Shown: positions 27,739 through 38,462, counted from the first letter of the stretch. The stretch is DNA of 64,000 nucleotides from Polyangiaceae bacterium (GCA_965222375.1 CBDCTZ010000014.1:64001-128000); one strand, 5' to 3'. The notes: generated by a model not told the origin, from the letters alone. Translations and numbers: made by a program.

Positions 27739-29459
27739 CACTGTTGCACTTTCACGTAGAGAAATGCGTCGCTGAGGGCGACAGCCAGTATGAGGTCCAA
27801 CACTCTGCCGCTCTTGGAGAGCGCATCGGTGAGTTGATTCATGCTCTGCGCGTCTTCGTCTTGAGGCGAGCGGGACAGCGCATGTTCGAACCAGTGCTGC
27901 GCAAAGCACTGCTGAACCATCGGGCTTTGGCTGAGCTGCACGGACATTTCAACTCCGCCGTTGACGCTGATCGCTTCGACGATTTGGTCGTCGCTGTAAA
28001 CCGGGAAGCTCCCACTGGCGTCGACGCTCAATGAGAACTGACCGTCGGGGCCGGACCCGGTTTCCTTGTCGTGATAGCGCCCCAAGGCATCGTAGTTTTC
28101 GAAAGCGAACCCGATGGGGTTCAGGACTTGGTGGCAGCCGCTGCAGCCGGGTCCGGTCGTCTTGGCCTCGACATCCTGCCGCACGGTCCGCTCCACGGTC
28201 TTGCCGTTCTCCACCACGGCGCCTCCGGTCACCGGCGTGTCGTTGGCGTTCGGGGGAGGCTCTCCCAAGTGCACGCACAAGGCCTTCTCCAAAAGGAAGG
28301 CACCGCGACGGATGGGCGACTTCACGTCGGCGCCAGCGTAGAGAGTCGTGAACGCAGCCCGGGTAAACAACCCGGCGCGCTGCTCCATCGGCAGGGTCAC
28401 CCACTCGAAGTTCTGCTCACCTTTGGGACCGCTGACGCCGTACAGGTCGGCCAGGGGCTCGTTTACGTAGCCTTCATTCGTGGTGAGCAGCGTCGACAGC
28501 TTGCCGTCGCCATCGAACACGACTCGCTGCACGAGCGCCTCGATTTCTTTGCGCATGGCGCCCCGCAGGGATGGGCTGTCCTCGGGGAACACCTGGGGAT
28601 TCTTTGGTGTTTCGAGCAACGAGTGGTGCAACGCCGTGCCGTCCAGCTCTAGCCAGTTGATGAAGAACTCGACCACGCGAGCTTTGGCGCGCGGATCCGC
28701 CAGCAAGCGCTCGGCCTGCGCCCTCACGCCTGCCTGGGTATCCATTGCGCCCTGCTCAGCCGCTGCGAGGAGCTCCGGATCTGGGGTCGTGTTCCACAGA
28801 AAGTAGGAAAGGCGAGTAGCCCGCTCGAAGCCCGTGAGCGCCTTGACTCCGGGGGCGAGCTTACCCGTCGCCGGCTGCCCGACTTCCAGGAAGTAGAGGA
28901 ACTGGGGCGACTGCAACATGACCTGCAGCACGGTGAAGAGACTGTCCCGGAAGCCCTGGTCCTTTCGTGCGCTGTCGTACACGCCTCGCAGCCACGTCTT
29001 TTCTTCTGCCGTCAGCGGCCGGCGAAATGCGCGCATGCCGAAATCCTCGATGAAGCTCTCGGCGCAAGAATCGTCAGCTGCGCCAGAGGTGTCGCAGGGG
29101 AAGACCGGATCTCCCCAGCTGGAATGGTTGGTCGTTACGCTCTCTGCGGCGGTGTTGAACTTCTCTGCGGCCAAGCGCGACACAGCTTCGCCGGTGTCTT
29201 CGTCCAGGCCGAGGGTCAGGCTTGGCGCGGCAAATAGATCGCGAACGCTGTTCTCGTATTGGACCGGTGTCATTCGGGTCAGGCCCGTGGCGGCCGCGTT
29301 CACGACGTCGGGAGGTGTTGGGCCGCCGGGGCCTTCACTGCCGGAGCCGGAACTTCCGCCGGGATCGGAGATGACGGCGGTGCAGGCGCTGAGCCCCATT
29401 GCGCCAGCCACGGCCAGGAGCCCAATACCGGCAGAAGTTGTGCAGATGCGCCGAGCCAT
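27738..29459 (-). CDS. DUF1592/DUF1588/DUF1595 family lipoprotein with c-type heme motif
   Basis: LSAC lipobox, RAFRRPL, LQSPQFLY, RLSYFLWNTTPD, SPIRRG, CSGCH, GFAFENYD. Confidence 0.88.
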   Translation of the reverse strand: MARRICTTSAGIGLLAVAGAMGLSACTAVISDPGGSSGSGSEGPGGPTPPDVVNAAATGLTRMTPVQYENSVRDLFAAPSLTLGLDEDTGEAVSRLAAEKFNTAAESVTTNHSSWGDPVFPCDTSGAADDSCAESFIEDFGMRAFRRPLTAEEKTWLRGVYDSARKDQGFRDSLFTVLQVMLQSPQFLYFLEVGQPATGKLAPGVKALTGFERATRLSYFLWNTTPDPELLAAAEQGAMDTQAGVRAQAERLLADPRAKARVVEFFINWLELDGTALHHSLLETPKNPQVFPEDSPSLRGAMRKEIEALVQRVVFDGDGKLSTLLTTNEGYVNEPLADLYGVSGPKGEQNFEWVTLPMEQRAGLFTRAAFTTLYAGADVKSPIRRGAFLLEKALCVHLGEPPPNANDTPVTGGAVVENGKTVERTVRQDVEAKTTGPGCSGCHQVLNPIGFAFENYDALGRYHDKETGSGPDGQFSLSVDASGSFPVYSDDQIVEAISVNGGVEMSVQLSQSPMVQQCFAQHWFEHALSRSPQDEDAQSMNQLTDALSKSGRVLDLILAVALSDAFLYVKVQQ

Positions 29460-29549
29460 AGAGGCAGATTGACCGAGATCAAGCGGCCTCCGCCATTACA
29501 GAGAGTGCGCGAATACGCGCAAATCCTTGAAAACACTCGGACCATGCGC

Positions 29550-30737
29550 TCAGAGGGGTGCAACTTCGGCGATGATGCTGGCCAGATACAAGCCAGCGGG
29601 GAAGGCGGCGGGTACCGGGTGATCCGCGCCCTGAAACCAGCGTTCCAAGACGATGGGTCGGGTGCCCACATCCCGCCCACCCAAGGCCAGGGCGCGGGTG
29701 AGTTCGTCCACGCCAATCGCTGCGGAGCAGGAACAGAGTACGAGCAGCCCCCCGGGGCGCGTTGCGCTCGCTCCCGCAGCCGCCAGTCTCCGCATCGCAC
29801 CTTCCGCGCGCTTCTTGGCGGCGCGGCTAGGCGCCATCTTCGGTGGGTCACAAACGACCAACTCGTACCCCCCTTGGCGACCGGCTCGAGCCAAGACGTC
29901 ATGGGCGTCGGCCCGTTCGAAATGCAGGCTATCGCCAAGTCCGTTCAACTTTGCCTGCTCGGCTGCAACTTCAACGGCAAGGGCGTTCTCGTCCACTGCG
30001 AGGACTTCTGTTGCACCACCTCGCGCGGCTCCCATCGCAATCGCGCCGACGTAAGTGAAGGTGTCGAGCACCCTGCGTCCCTTGGCCAGGGTCTCGATCC
30101 GTGCGCGCAGCGGACGCTGGTCGACATAGAAGCCAGTTTTCTGACTCAGCTCCAGCGGTATGTTGAAACGCAGCCCGAGCTCGGTGAACTCGAGCGCGTT
30201 CCGCTCGGCTCCCCGGACGACGCCCTTGGCCGCGCGGAATCCCTCCGTGCGTGCGGCCTTCTCCGAGCTTCGATCGACAATGCTGCCAGGGGAGAGCAAG
30301 CGCTCCAGGGCGTCGAGGATGATGCCTTCCCGACGCTTCATGCCGATGGTCGCGAACTGCACCGCGATGGTGTCGCCGAAGCGATCGACGATCAGCCCGG
30401 GTAGGTCGTCGCCTTCGGCGTGGACCAGTCGATAGGCGTTGGTCTGCTCCGAGGGCAGGCCGAGGCTCTGGCGGCGGGCGATGGACGCCTCGATGCGTCC
30501 GGCGAACCAGCCCGGGTCCAGAGCCGTGTCCCGGGAGCGGGTGCAGAGGCGCACTACGATCGCGGATCCAGGAGAATACAAGCCTCGCCCAAGGAAATTG
30601 CCGCGCTCATCCACCACGTCCACTTCGTCCCCAGAGGTGGCTCCGCCGCTGATTCGCGCCACGGCCTGGGCGAAAACCCACGGGTGCCCGGCCCAGACGG
30701 GCTGAACGTGACCTGCTTTTACCGTGACCGTGGGCAC
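29550..30737 (-). CDS. rlmI: RlmI-like class I SAM-dependent rRNA methyltransferase
   Basis: GHPWVF PUA domain, EGDDLPGLIVDRF, QKTGFYVDQR, CDPP, CSCS. Confidence 0.88.
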   Translation of the reverse strand: MPTVTVKAGHVQPVWAGHPWVFAQAVARISGGATSGDEVDVVDERGNFLGRGLYSPGSAIVVRLCTRSRDTALDPGWFAGRIEASIARRQSLGLPSEQTNAYRLVHAEGDDLPGLIVDRFGDTIAVQFATIGMKRREGIILDALERLLSPGSIVDRSSEKAARTEGFRAAKGVVRGAERNALEFTELGLRFNIPLELSQKTGFYVDQRPLRARIETLAKGRRVLDTFTYVGAIAMGAARGGATEVLAVDENALAVEVAAEQAKLNGLGDSLHFERADAHDVLARAGRQGGYELVVCDPPKMAPSRAAKKRAEGAMRRLAAAGASATRPGGLLVLCSCSAAIGVDELTRALALGGRDVGTRPIVLERWFQGADHPVPAAFPAGLYLASIIAEVAPL

Positions 30738-30889
30738 ATAACAGCGAGTAGCTCTGGATCCACGTGGCTGTAAACGGCGCTCCACACAGGATCGGGAAAA
30801 AATGCCGTTTCTCCGAAGATTCGAGCGGGTGGCACCTGGCACTCAGGTTGCTACCGTTAGGCAGCTGTCGCTTTTATAAGGAAGCCGAA

Positions 30890-31747
30890 ATGCCGCGCAG
30901 CCTGCTTTGTCCCATATTTGCCAGTGTCATTGTATTTGCGCCCTCCCTCGCCCAGGCGGAGGAGGAGCCCGAGTGCCCGCCTGGGGGATGGTTTTGTGAA
31001 GAGACCCCCCCTGGCGAAGAGGAACCCGAGGTCGAGCCTGAAGTCGAAGCGGAGACCAAGGAGGGCACTGACAAGCCCGTGGTGGTCACCAAGACCGAGA
31101 AGGACGGCACTCGGAAGATCCTGATCATCGACAAGCCCGACAAGAAGCCGCCGAAGAAGAAGAAGCGCCGCAAGAAGAAAGAGTGGGGCTTCAACTTGCA
31201 TTTGCAGGGCGTGCTGATGGGGCGCGCCGACAGCGAGCATCGCCAGGAGCCCCATGACAACGCTGCCATGGGAGGCTTCGGGTTCAGCCTGCGCTATCGG
31301 CCGGTCCCCCATTTTGCATTCGACGCCGGCTTGGACTTCATCGGTGGCATCGACTACCTCGGCAACGAGCGCGGTGAGACTGCCTTGCTGCTGAACGGCA
31401 TGGTGTTCATCAATCCGAAAGACAAGGTCCAGGTCTACGCCTTGGGTGGCCTGGGCTTCAGCGGGGCCAACGTCAATCGACGCAATCGTACGGAGCTTGC
31501 GGACGGAACCTTGGTCGAGACCGAAGAACGCGTGGAGTACAGCTACTTCGGCGGGCAGTTGGGTGTGGGGGTCGAGTTTCGAATCGGCAAACGCACGGCC
31601 CTCAACCTCGACATGCTCGGCTTCGTACGTGGCCGTACCGACGAACGGGCCCGGACCGAGCCTGAATTCATCGATCCCGAGACGGGCCGCACCACGAATA
31701 CCTCCGGCGGCGGCTTGTTCCGCGGAGGTATCACCTTCTACTGGTGA
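30890..31747 (+). CDS. Outer-membrane beta-barrel protein
   Basis: Signal peptide, low-complexity linker, alternating beta strands, terminal GITFYW. Confidence 0.82.
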   Translation: MPRSLLCPIFASVIVFAPSLAQAEEEPECPPGGWFCEETPPGEEEPEVEPEVEAETKEGTDKPVVVTKTEKDGTRKILIIDKPDKKPPKKKKRRKKKEWGFNLHLQGVLMGRADSEHRQEPHDNAAMGGFGFSLRYRPVPHFAFDAGLDFIGGIDYLGNERGETALLLNGMVFINPKDKVQVYALGGLGFSGANVNRRNRTELADGTLVETEERVEYSYFGGQLGVGVEFRIGKRTALNLDMLGFVRGRTDERARTEPEFIDPETGRTTNTSGGGLFRGGITFYW

Positions 31748-31759
31748 CCCGAGTCACCC

Positions 31760-32479
31760 TCACTTGGTGTTGAAAATCAACGGGTAACTCACCGTCACGA
31801 GCCCACCCTTGGGGGCCGGGAACATCATGGCGCGGAAGGCGCGCTTCACGCAGTTGTCCAACTTGGGGCGTCTGCTGGTCTTGCTGAGAGTCACGGTCTT
31901 GACCCGGCCGTCTTTGCCAATGATGAACCGAGTCACGATCTTCGCGTTGAAGGGCTTGCCGCTCACGAGTTCCTGGTTGTAGCAAGCGCGAATCCGGCTG
32001 ATCTTCCTGCGAACGACGCGTTGGATGACGGCACGATCCAGCTGACCTCGTGTCGACGCTGTACCCACGCGAACCTTGGGCCGGAGCTTGCCTGAACCCT
32101 TTGCGGATCCAATTCCGCGTAGGCCAAGCCCACCTGCTCCGCTTCCAAATCCTTTCACACCAATGAAGCCGCCTTCCAGCATTGGGCCGCCGGTCAGGGC
32201 TCCCAGCACTGCGGCTTCATCGTAGGGTGCGCCTTCCGTCGAAGCGTCTTCGAAGTCTTTGGGGTCCTCGTCTCGGGAGTCGCTGGCGTTTTCATCCACG
32301 ACAGCCACTAGCTCCTCATCGGACGCAGGCTCGCTGTCTTCCGGCGTCGGGACTGCGACGACTGCGGGAGGCTCGCTTGGCTCCGACGGCGGAGCTGCGG
32401 CGGGCTTTTGCTGCGCGCAGGCCACGCCAAGGGCAAGGCTTGCGGTGACCGAAAGGAATTGCTCCACGTCGAAACGCAT
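31760..32479 (-). CDS. Lipoprotein with AgmX/PglI (TonB-C-like) C-terminal domain
   Basis: LGVAC lipobox; IQRVVR...IRACY...FPAPKGG...VSYPLIF. Confidence 0.82.
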   Translation of the reverse strand: MRFDVEQFLSVTASLALGVACAQQKPAAAPPSEPSEPPAVVAVPTPEDSEPASDEELVAVVDENASDSRDEDPKDFEDASTEGAPYDEAAVLGALTGGPMLEGGFIGVKGFGSGAGGLGLRGIGSAKGSGKLRPKVRVGTASTRGQLDRAVIQRVVRRKISRIRACYNQELVSGKPFNAKIVTRFIIGKDGRVKTVTLSKTSRRPKLDNCVKRAFRAMMFPAPKGGLVTVSYPLIFNTK

Positions 32480-32536
32480 GACGGGAGTGTAGACAGAGTT
32501 CGAGCAGAAGCTAGGGCGTGATAGCTTTTTGTCGCG

Positions 32537-34063
32537 TTGCAACGGAATCGTCGCGCCTATTTGACGGCGGCCCTTGGCGGCCCCGCATTCGCGTTGTGCT
32601 CACCGCCGATGGATCTCTACCCCATGGTCTTCATCGGGCTCGGGTTGTTGTACCTGGTGACGACCGACGCGGTGCGAGCACGCACGACGTTCTTCCGCGC
32701 CTGGCTTTGGGCGACCTGTGCGTCCCTGCTGGGCATGCGATTCATCGTCGGCGTAGTGGACCGCTTCACTGCTCTGGGCGTGGCCGGTGGCTTGGGCGCA
32801 CTTCTGCTGCTGGCGGCTGGGCAGGCGGTGCCCTGGGGCCTAGGCGCCCTGTTGGCTCGGGGTATGACGCGACGTCTACACGTGCCTCAGCCGGTCGCTT
32901 TCGCGGCGGGTGTCACCCTGGCGAGCAGCCTCACGCTGGTTATCGCGTGGTCGCCGGGTGCGTTGCTTTCTCCTTGGCCAGTGCTGATCCAGCTGGCGGA
33001 GTGGGTGGGAGAGCGCGGGGTGACGTTTCTCGTGGCCTTGATCGCGGCGCTCGCGGCCGAACCACTGCGACGCGCCTTGGAGGGGCCTATCGTGAGCCCG
33101 CGGCGCCCCTTTCTGTACGCGGGAATCATTCTCGGGGTGATGATTGGCTTCGGGATCCCCCGGCTACGCTCCGCGCGTGCCAAGCAAGCTGGCCGCCCCA
33201 GCCTCCAAGTCGGCATGCTTCAGCCGGCCGTGGAAGCTCGACTGAGGTGGGACCCCAAGGCGCGAGACCAAATCCTCCGGACACTCTTGGACCTGACCCG
33301 CGAGAGCGAAGGGCAGGGCGTGGACCTCACCTTGTGGCACGAGGCCGCATACCCTTATCACATTGCGGCTGGCCCCCATCGCATGCACCGGGGGCGGCGC
33401 GGGATCATTGGTCGGGGAGTGCGAGGCCCCGTGCTCTTCGGTGCGCTGGCGAACGCACCCGGTGGCAACGGGCGCTATAACGCTGCCACGGTCGTCGACG
33501 AGCGGGGCATGACCCAGCGCGTACAGGCGAAGATGGCACTGCTCTGGTTCGGTGAGGCCGTCCCTCTCTCGGATCAGCTGCCGTTCTTGCGACGCTGGTT
33601 TTTTCGTGCCGGCGGCCTCGTTCCGGGAGAAGAAGTGGTGTTGCTACGTAGTGGCAAGGCACGGATAGGGGTGTTGAACTGCTTCGAAGACACCCTGCCG
33701 GGCATTGGCCGAGAGATTGCGAAAGAACGTCCCAATCTGCTGGTGAATGTGACTAATGACGCCTGGTTCGGCGCGACCGCGGAGCCGGAGCTGCACCTTC
33801 GGCTTTCTGTGTTGCGAGCCGTCGAGCTGCGGCAGGACCTGGTGCGAGTCGTCAACCTCGGCGTTCCAGCCTGGATCGACTCGAGCGGCACAATCCGGGC
33901 GCGGGGCTCCGCCAACGAAATGGGCGTGCTGTTCGCGACTCCCGCTCTGAACGACGACGCCCCGACCGTGTACGCGAAGGTAGGGGACTGGCCGCTGCTC
34001 GTCGGGCTCGTGATCGCTGGGGCTGTTTCGATAGCTCGACGGCGTCGCCAAGAGTCAGGCTGA
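32537..34063 (+). CDS. lnt: Apolipoprotein N-acyltransferase
   Basis: Multiple TM helices, then nitrilase triad WHEAA, K..LLWFGE, NCFED, and NVTNDAWFG. Confidence 0.9.
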   Translation: MQRNRRAYLTAALGGPAFALCSPPMDLYPMVFIGLGLLYLVTTDAVRARTTFFRAWLWATCASLLGMRFIVGVVDRFTALGVAGGLGALLLLAAGQAVPWGLGALLARGMTRRLHVPQPVAFAAGVTLASSLTLVIAWSPGALLSPWPVLIQLAEWVGERGVTFLVALIAALAAEPLRRALEGPIVSPRRPFLYAGIILGVMIGFGIPRLRSARAKQAGRPSLQVGMLQPAVEARLRWDPKARDQILRTLLDLTRESEGQGVDLTLWHEAAYPYHIAAGPHRMHRGRRGIIGRGVRGPVLFGALANAPGGNGRYNAATVVDERGMTQRVQAKMALLWFGEAVPLSDQLPFLRRWFFRAGGLVPGEEVVLLRSGKARIGVLNCFEDTLPGIGREIAKERPNLLVNVTNDAWFGATAEPELHLRLSVLRAVELRQDLVRVVNLGVPAWIDSSGTIRARGSANEMGVLFATPALNDDAPTVYAKVGDWPLLVGLVIAGAVSIARRRRQESG

Positions 34064-34203
34064 TCGAGTCGAGCACCCGCGCGAGGTGCCGATGACGGCA
34101 GTATCCGGCACATAAAAAACCAACCCCAAATCAGACGCCCCAGGTTCAGCGATCGAGCTAGGCCGTGTCCCGAGGCCTGCCGGCGGCGCGGGATTGAAAT
34201 GGG

Positions 34204-35886
34204 CTACCGGCCTTGGTTTGACTCGGCGATCTCCCGGAGTGCTGATTCGAGCTTTCGATGCGTCTGCATGGCGCGGGTGGCTTGGAACTCCGGAGCCGAG
34301 CCTTTGGCGCGAAGGATTCGAACCATGGCGAGCTTGTCGCCGCGGCTCCAGCTAGCAAGGCTGGGTATCAGTGCGAGAATCGGCGCCATGGCGTTGAGCG
34401 CCAGCCGCTCCTCCTCGCTCCAGCGGCGAGCGTCGCCGATACCAAGCCGCCGCTTGACGCGCGTGACGCAAGCCCGTGTTGCGGCGCCGCGATCGCCACC
34501 AGTCTCCCGCGAGAGGCTGTGGCTGACGGCCAACCCAAGCCCACCGAAGTCGAAGCGCCGGCAGCGGCCACCGGAGAGGTCCAGCACGGCTTCCGTGTGA
34601 GACAGCCTGTGCAGCATTCGCGTGTCCGAGCGATAGCCCGGCGTCGCTTGGATCTTCGCTTCCTCTTCGAGAGCCAGGGCCTCGACCTGGGGGTTGGTGG
34701 CTTTGAAGCCGAGCTTTCTATAGAACCAGAACGCGCCGCTACGAATCGCGTCGGGGTTGTCTTCACCCATGCCGTAGCGCGTCAGGTAGAAGTACTGCAC
34801 TCCGAGGTGGTGGTGCAGGAGCCGCATGAGCTGCCCATAGATGGTCCGGATCTCAGCACCGCGAAATTGCGGAAATAGATTGATGCCAATCTCGCAACAC
34901 CCAAACAGAGGAACCGCGGGCCCGTACGCGATGGGAACCGCATTCTTCAAGACCATGAAGAAGTAGTTGGCAGCGAGGGGCGAGCGGTACTCCGGGCGGA
35001 TCCCGACCAGTACGATCTTGATCCCACGCTGGGCCTCTAGCTCCAGGACCTCCTCCGGGTTGGCGTAGATCAGGCCGTGAATCTCGAGCTTCCGGCTGCA
35101 CAGCGCTCGCACGCAGGTATCGATCACCACTTCGCCGCGGCGCTTGTCCGCGAGGGCAGGCACCTCGAGGGGGGTCGTTATCTGTTTGCGCAGGTCGACG
35201 CGTTCGCGTGGCAGTTCGCCCCGCTGGTAGAAGATCCGAGCCAGCGGGAGCTCGACTTCGCAGCGGCCCGTTCCCGGCTCATGCAGGCGATACAGGATGG
35301 GAACGTCGCACATGTCGAAGAGCTTGGCTTGTTGCTCCGCCGGCATGCCTGAGCGCTCCAGCGCCTGGAGTAGGAATCCGAGCTGGCTGCCCTCGACGCT
35401 CGAGCCGGTGCGGTCGAGCCATTCCTCCCAGCCGCAGGGGATGTACTCCATCGTCTCGTTTTCCACCGCGGTCAGCACGAGCTCCAACACCGCCCCGAGC
35501 TGGCCTCCGTCTTCGAACCCCTCCCAGTCGACCTCCACGGACCCCGGATGTCGCCGCGCCAGGTACTGGACCATGGCGTAGGAATAGGGGTAGCGAATGG
35601 AGCTGCCGGGAAAACCGGTGCCGACCAGAGTGGGTGAATCGGACGCGCCGTCCTGCGCCCAGCCGCGCAGCTGCGCGATCACCTTCTGCACGAGCGACCG
35701 CACGCTGGGGTTGTCGGGGTACGCCCGCATGTTGTCGAGCACATCGTGCAGCTGCCCGAGCTCGCGAACGGGAATGTTCTCGAGCGCTTCGAGCTTTTTC
35801 AGAAGCCGCGCCTTGTCGCGTGCGGCACCGGGACCAAAGGTGCGATGAATTTCGAACAGCTCTCGAACGGGATGCTGATCCGACAC
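34204..35886 (-). CDS. Conserved hypothetical protein with GNAT-like C-terminal motifs
   Basis: Long ORF with coding-like composition; LFPQFRG and AFWFYRKLGF motifs. Confidence 0.75.
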   Translation of the reverse strand: MSDQHPVRELFEIHRTFGPGAARDKARLLKKLEALENIPVRELGQLHDVLDNMRAYPDNPSVRSLVQKVIAQLRGWAQDGASDSPTLVGTGFPGSSIRYPYSYAMVQYLARRHPGSVEVDWEGFEDGGQLGAVLELVLTAVENETMEYIPCGWEEWLDRTGSSVEGSQLGFLLQALERSGMPAEQQAKLFDMCDVPILYRLHEPGTGRCEVELPLARIFYQRGELPRERVDLRKQITTPLEVPALADKRRGEVVIDTCVRALCSRKLEIHGLIYANPEEVLELEAQRGIKIVLVGIRPEYRSPLAANYFFMVLKNAVPIAYGPAVPLFGCCEIGINLFPQFRGAEIRTIYGQLMRLLHHHLGVQYFYLTRYGMGEDNPDAIRSGAFWFYRKLGFKATNPQVEALALEEEAKIQATPGYRSDTRMLHRLSHTEAVLDLSGGRCRRFDFGGLGLAVSHSLSRETGGDRGAATRACVTRVKRRLGIGDARRWSEEERLALNAMAPILALIPSLASWSRGDKLAMVRILRAKGSAPEFQATRAMQTHRKLESALREIAESNQGR

Positions 35887-35933
35887 CGCGCGAGACTACC
35901 ACACAGCAGTCTCTGGTTCGCACGGTGGTGTGG

Positions 35934-36416
35934 CTAGCGACAGCGCCCCGAGACGCACTTTTCTTTGCAGATGTCGTGGGGCGACCAGATGATCTCCCCA
36001 CACTTCCTTGCATGCCAACGCTTGTCGAAATGGTTGAGTTCGGCGGCAACATCAGCGCGGATGGGGCTGGGACAGATCTCGATCAGTCCGTTGGGACATT
36101 TGAATCCGCCATAGCAGTCGCAGTCTTCGTCGCGTTTGCAGTCATCGACGGGTTTGCGGGCGAAGCGACCTATCGCCGTACGCCAGCCCGCTTCGATCTC
36201 AGCGCACTTCGACTGTCTGGTGCCGCTCGCCGCGGTCAGAGGGGGCGGCGAAGCCGAGGCCACTGCCCCCGGGGCGCTGGCCGTAGGCAAAGACTCTGTG
36301 CCAGCCGGATGGCCAGGCTCGTGAGTCGGCTTGGCAGCCTCCTGCTGGCAGCTGGGAAGGGCTGTCAGGGTCCACCCCAGGACGAACGCAGCGCAGATGC
36401 GGAGGGCCGCGGTCAT
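35934..36416 (-). CDS. Small Cys-rich lipoprotein
   Basis: GAGGGG RBS, signal ending LPSC, CKRDEDCDC...CVSGRCR. Confidence 0.72.
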   Translation of the reverse strand: MTAALRICAAFVLGWTLTALPSCQQEAAKPTHEPGHPAGTESLPTASAPGAVASASPPPLTAASGTRQSKCAEIEAGWRTAIGRFARKPVDDCKRDEDCDCYGGFKCPNGLIEICPSPIRADVAAELNHFDKRWHARKCGEIIWSPHDICKEKCVSGRCR

Positions 36417-36672
36417 GAGCACGCTCCCCTCTGCGTGATCGAACCAGTCATTCGGTTTGCTGAAGATATCGAGAATTGCCAAGGTCCCACGCGTTCTGGG
36501 TGAGAAACCTGCCAGAACCCGGGCCAATAGTCCCGGATTCCGCCGTTCCCCGAACAGGCCACACAAAATGACGAATCCCCAACTCTCATGCGAGAGCTGG
36601 GGATGCGCCGCTCTTGTTCGGGCTCGTGCTCGCCGGCGCTGTTCTAGAAGCTCGGCGACGTCGCCCAAGGGT

Positions 36673-36984
36673 TCACTGAACCAGATCTTTGAGCGCCTTC
36701 AAGGCCGTCGCGCGGACCTTCTTGCTCGCCGGCTTGGCCGGAATCGTGATCGGCTCTTTGGTGAACGGGTTGATGCCCTGGCGCTCCTTGGTCGCGGGCT
36801 TCTTCACCACGCGGAGCTTGACCAGCCCGGGAACGACGAACTCGCCGGGACCCCGTGCTGAGAGCTGCTTGCGGATCAGCTCCTGCAATGCCTCGAAAAC
36901 CCGGCCGATGCTCTTCTTGTCGAGATCCGCTGCGTTCGAGAGTTCCGCTACAACCTGCGCCTTTGTCAGCCTCTTTCCAGCCAT
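36673..36984 (-). CDS. hup: HU family DNA-binding protein
   Basis: AGGAGG RBS; LTKAQVV...RQGINPFTKEPITIPAK...LKDLV. Confidence 0.92.
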   Translation of the reverse strand: MAGKRLTKAQVVAELSNAADLDKKSIGRVFEALQELIRKQLSARGPGEFVVPGLVKLRVVKKPATKERQGINPFTKEPITIPAKPASKKVRATALKALKDLVQ

Positions 36985-37307
36985 CGTCTGCCTCCTGCTA
37001 AATGAGAAATCTTTTCGAAACCCGCCTCTCCCGCCCTCTCTCGCCGCTTCTTTCAATCGCGAGAGCCGTTCAAGGCACGCGACAGGTACCAAGGGATTTT
37101 CGGCCGTTCAAGCGGAAAAAAGCCTTCTTGGTGAGCGAAACCAGCTTTTTTTCCAGGGTGATGTGACCTCTGGCGTCCCATCACCGCGTGCAAATGGCCA
37201 AATGCGCGACCGGCGGCCCACCCCTATTTGCGACAAGGACCACGGTGGCCGCAAACCTGCGCCGTATCAACAAACCCAACGTAGACGCGGAGTTAGGTCT
37301 GGATCCC

Positions 37308-37808
37308 TCATGCCTTTCGGGAAATCCTGCGGCGCCTGGGACGCGTCGGGCCGGCTGGCCGAGCGCACGCCGTTTTCTCTGCAACTCGGACCAGGGCTTT
37401 CGTGTCCGCCGTCATGCGTTTTTTTTTGGAGGGGGTATCGTGATCGCGCCCCAGCAGGTGCAAAAGCCCATGGGCCAGCAATAGCCGCACCTCCGCGGCG
37501 AGGGGGCGGCGCCGGCCCTCGGCCTGGCGCGCCGCTGTGTCCAGGGAAATCACGACGTCGCCAAGGAGCCTCGGCAAGCCCTCAGGCACGTCGTCCTCGT
37601 CCAGGGGGAAGGCAAGCACGTCCGTCGGCTTGTCCCTGTCGCGATGGTCGCGATTCAGAACACGGATGGTGCGGTCGTCAGTCAGCAGCACGCTGAGCTC
37701 GGCGCGCTCGAGGGATAAGGCGCGCAACATCGCGTCCCCCTCCTGCCGAACGCCGCCGCTGGCTAGCTGAGGAGATCGCGGCGCGCGGCGTCGCACGAAA
37801 GTCGGCAA
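37308..37808 (-). CDS. ybeY: rRNA maturation endoribonuclease YbeY
   Basis: LNRDHR..DKPTDVLAFP, LGDVVIS, HGLLHLLGRDH. Confidence 0.93.
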   Translation of the reverse strand: MPTFVRRRAPRSPQLASGGVRQEGDAMLRALSLERAELSVLLTDDRTIRVLNRDHRDRDKPTDVLAFPLDEDDVPEGLPRLLGDVVISLDTAARQAEGRRRPLAAEVRLLLAHGLLHLLGRDHDTPSKKKRMTADTKALVRVAEKTACARPAGPTRPRRRRISRKA

Positions 37809-37814
37809 CGAGAC

Positions 37815-38462
37815 TTAGCCCTTCGGGATCTTCTTGGCGTCTTCCAAGAACTTCGCGAGGCCCTTGTCGGTCATCGGGTGCTTGAGCAGCTGATTGATGA
37901 CTTTGAAAGGAATGGTGGCGACGTCCGCGCCCATCAGGGCAGCCTGAACGACGTGCACCGGATGCCGGACGCTTGCGACGAGAACCTCTGTTGTGAAATC
38001 GTAGTTCCGATAGATCGTCACGATCTGTTCGGCCAGGTTCATTCCGTCGTCGGAGAGGTCATCCAACCGGCCGACGAAAGGGGAAATGTAGGTCGCGCCT
38101 GCCTTGGCCGCCATCAGCGCCTGGCTCGGCGAGAAACATAGGGTGACGTTGGTCTTGATGCCCTCGGAGCTGAAGACGCGGGTGGCTTTCATCCCCTCGG
38201 CAATGAGCGGGACCTTCACCACGACGTTGGGGTGGATTTTGGCCAGCTCCCGGCCCTCTCTGAGGATGCCGGCTTGGTCCGTGGCCAGGACCTCAGCGGA
38301 GATGGGGCCGTCCACGACCTCACAGATTTCCGCAATGACAGTCTTGATGGGCTTACCTGCTTTTGCGAGCAGTGATGGGTTCGTGGTCACACCGTCGATG
38401 GCACCCATGGCCACCGCTTCTTTGATCTCGTCAATGTCGCCGGTATCGATGAAGATTTTCAT
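37815..38462 (-). CDS. tal: Transaldolase (small FSA/TAL family)
   Basis: [18 protein letters not shown] (Glu), VVKVP (Lys) and YISPFVGR (Phe) favour transaldolase over F6P aldolase. Confidence 0.9.
   Translation of the reverse strand: MKIFIDTGDIDEIKEAVAMGAIDGVTTNPSLLAKAGKPIKTVIAEICEVVDGPISAEVLATDQAGILREGRELAKIHPNVVVKVPLIAEGMKATRVFSSEGIKTNVTLCFSPSQALMAAKAGATYISPFVGRLDDLSDDGMNLAEQIVTIYRNYDFTTEVLVASVRHPVHVVQAALMGADVATIPFKVINQLLKHPMTDKGLAKFLEDAKKIPKG

Noticed and set aside
36985..37307. Possible sRNA or riboswitch between ybeY and HU (also gaps at 34064-34203 and 36417-36672)
   Set aside because: No recognisable conserved motif or strong structure by eye. An Rfam/Infernal scan would be needed.
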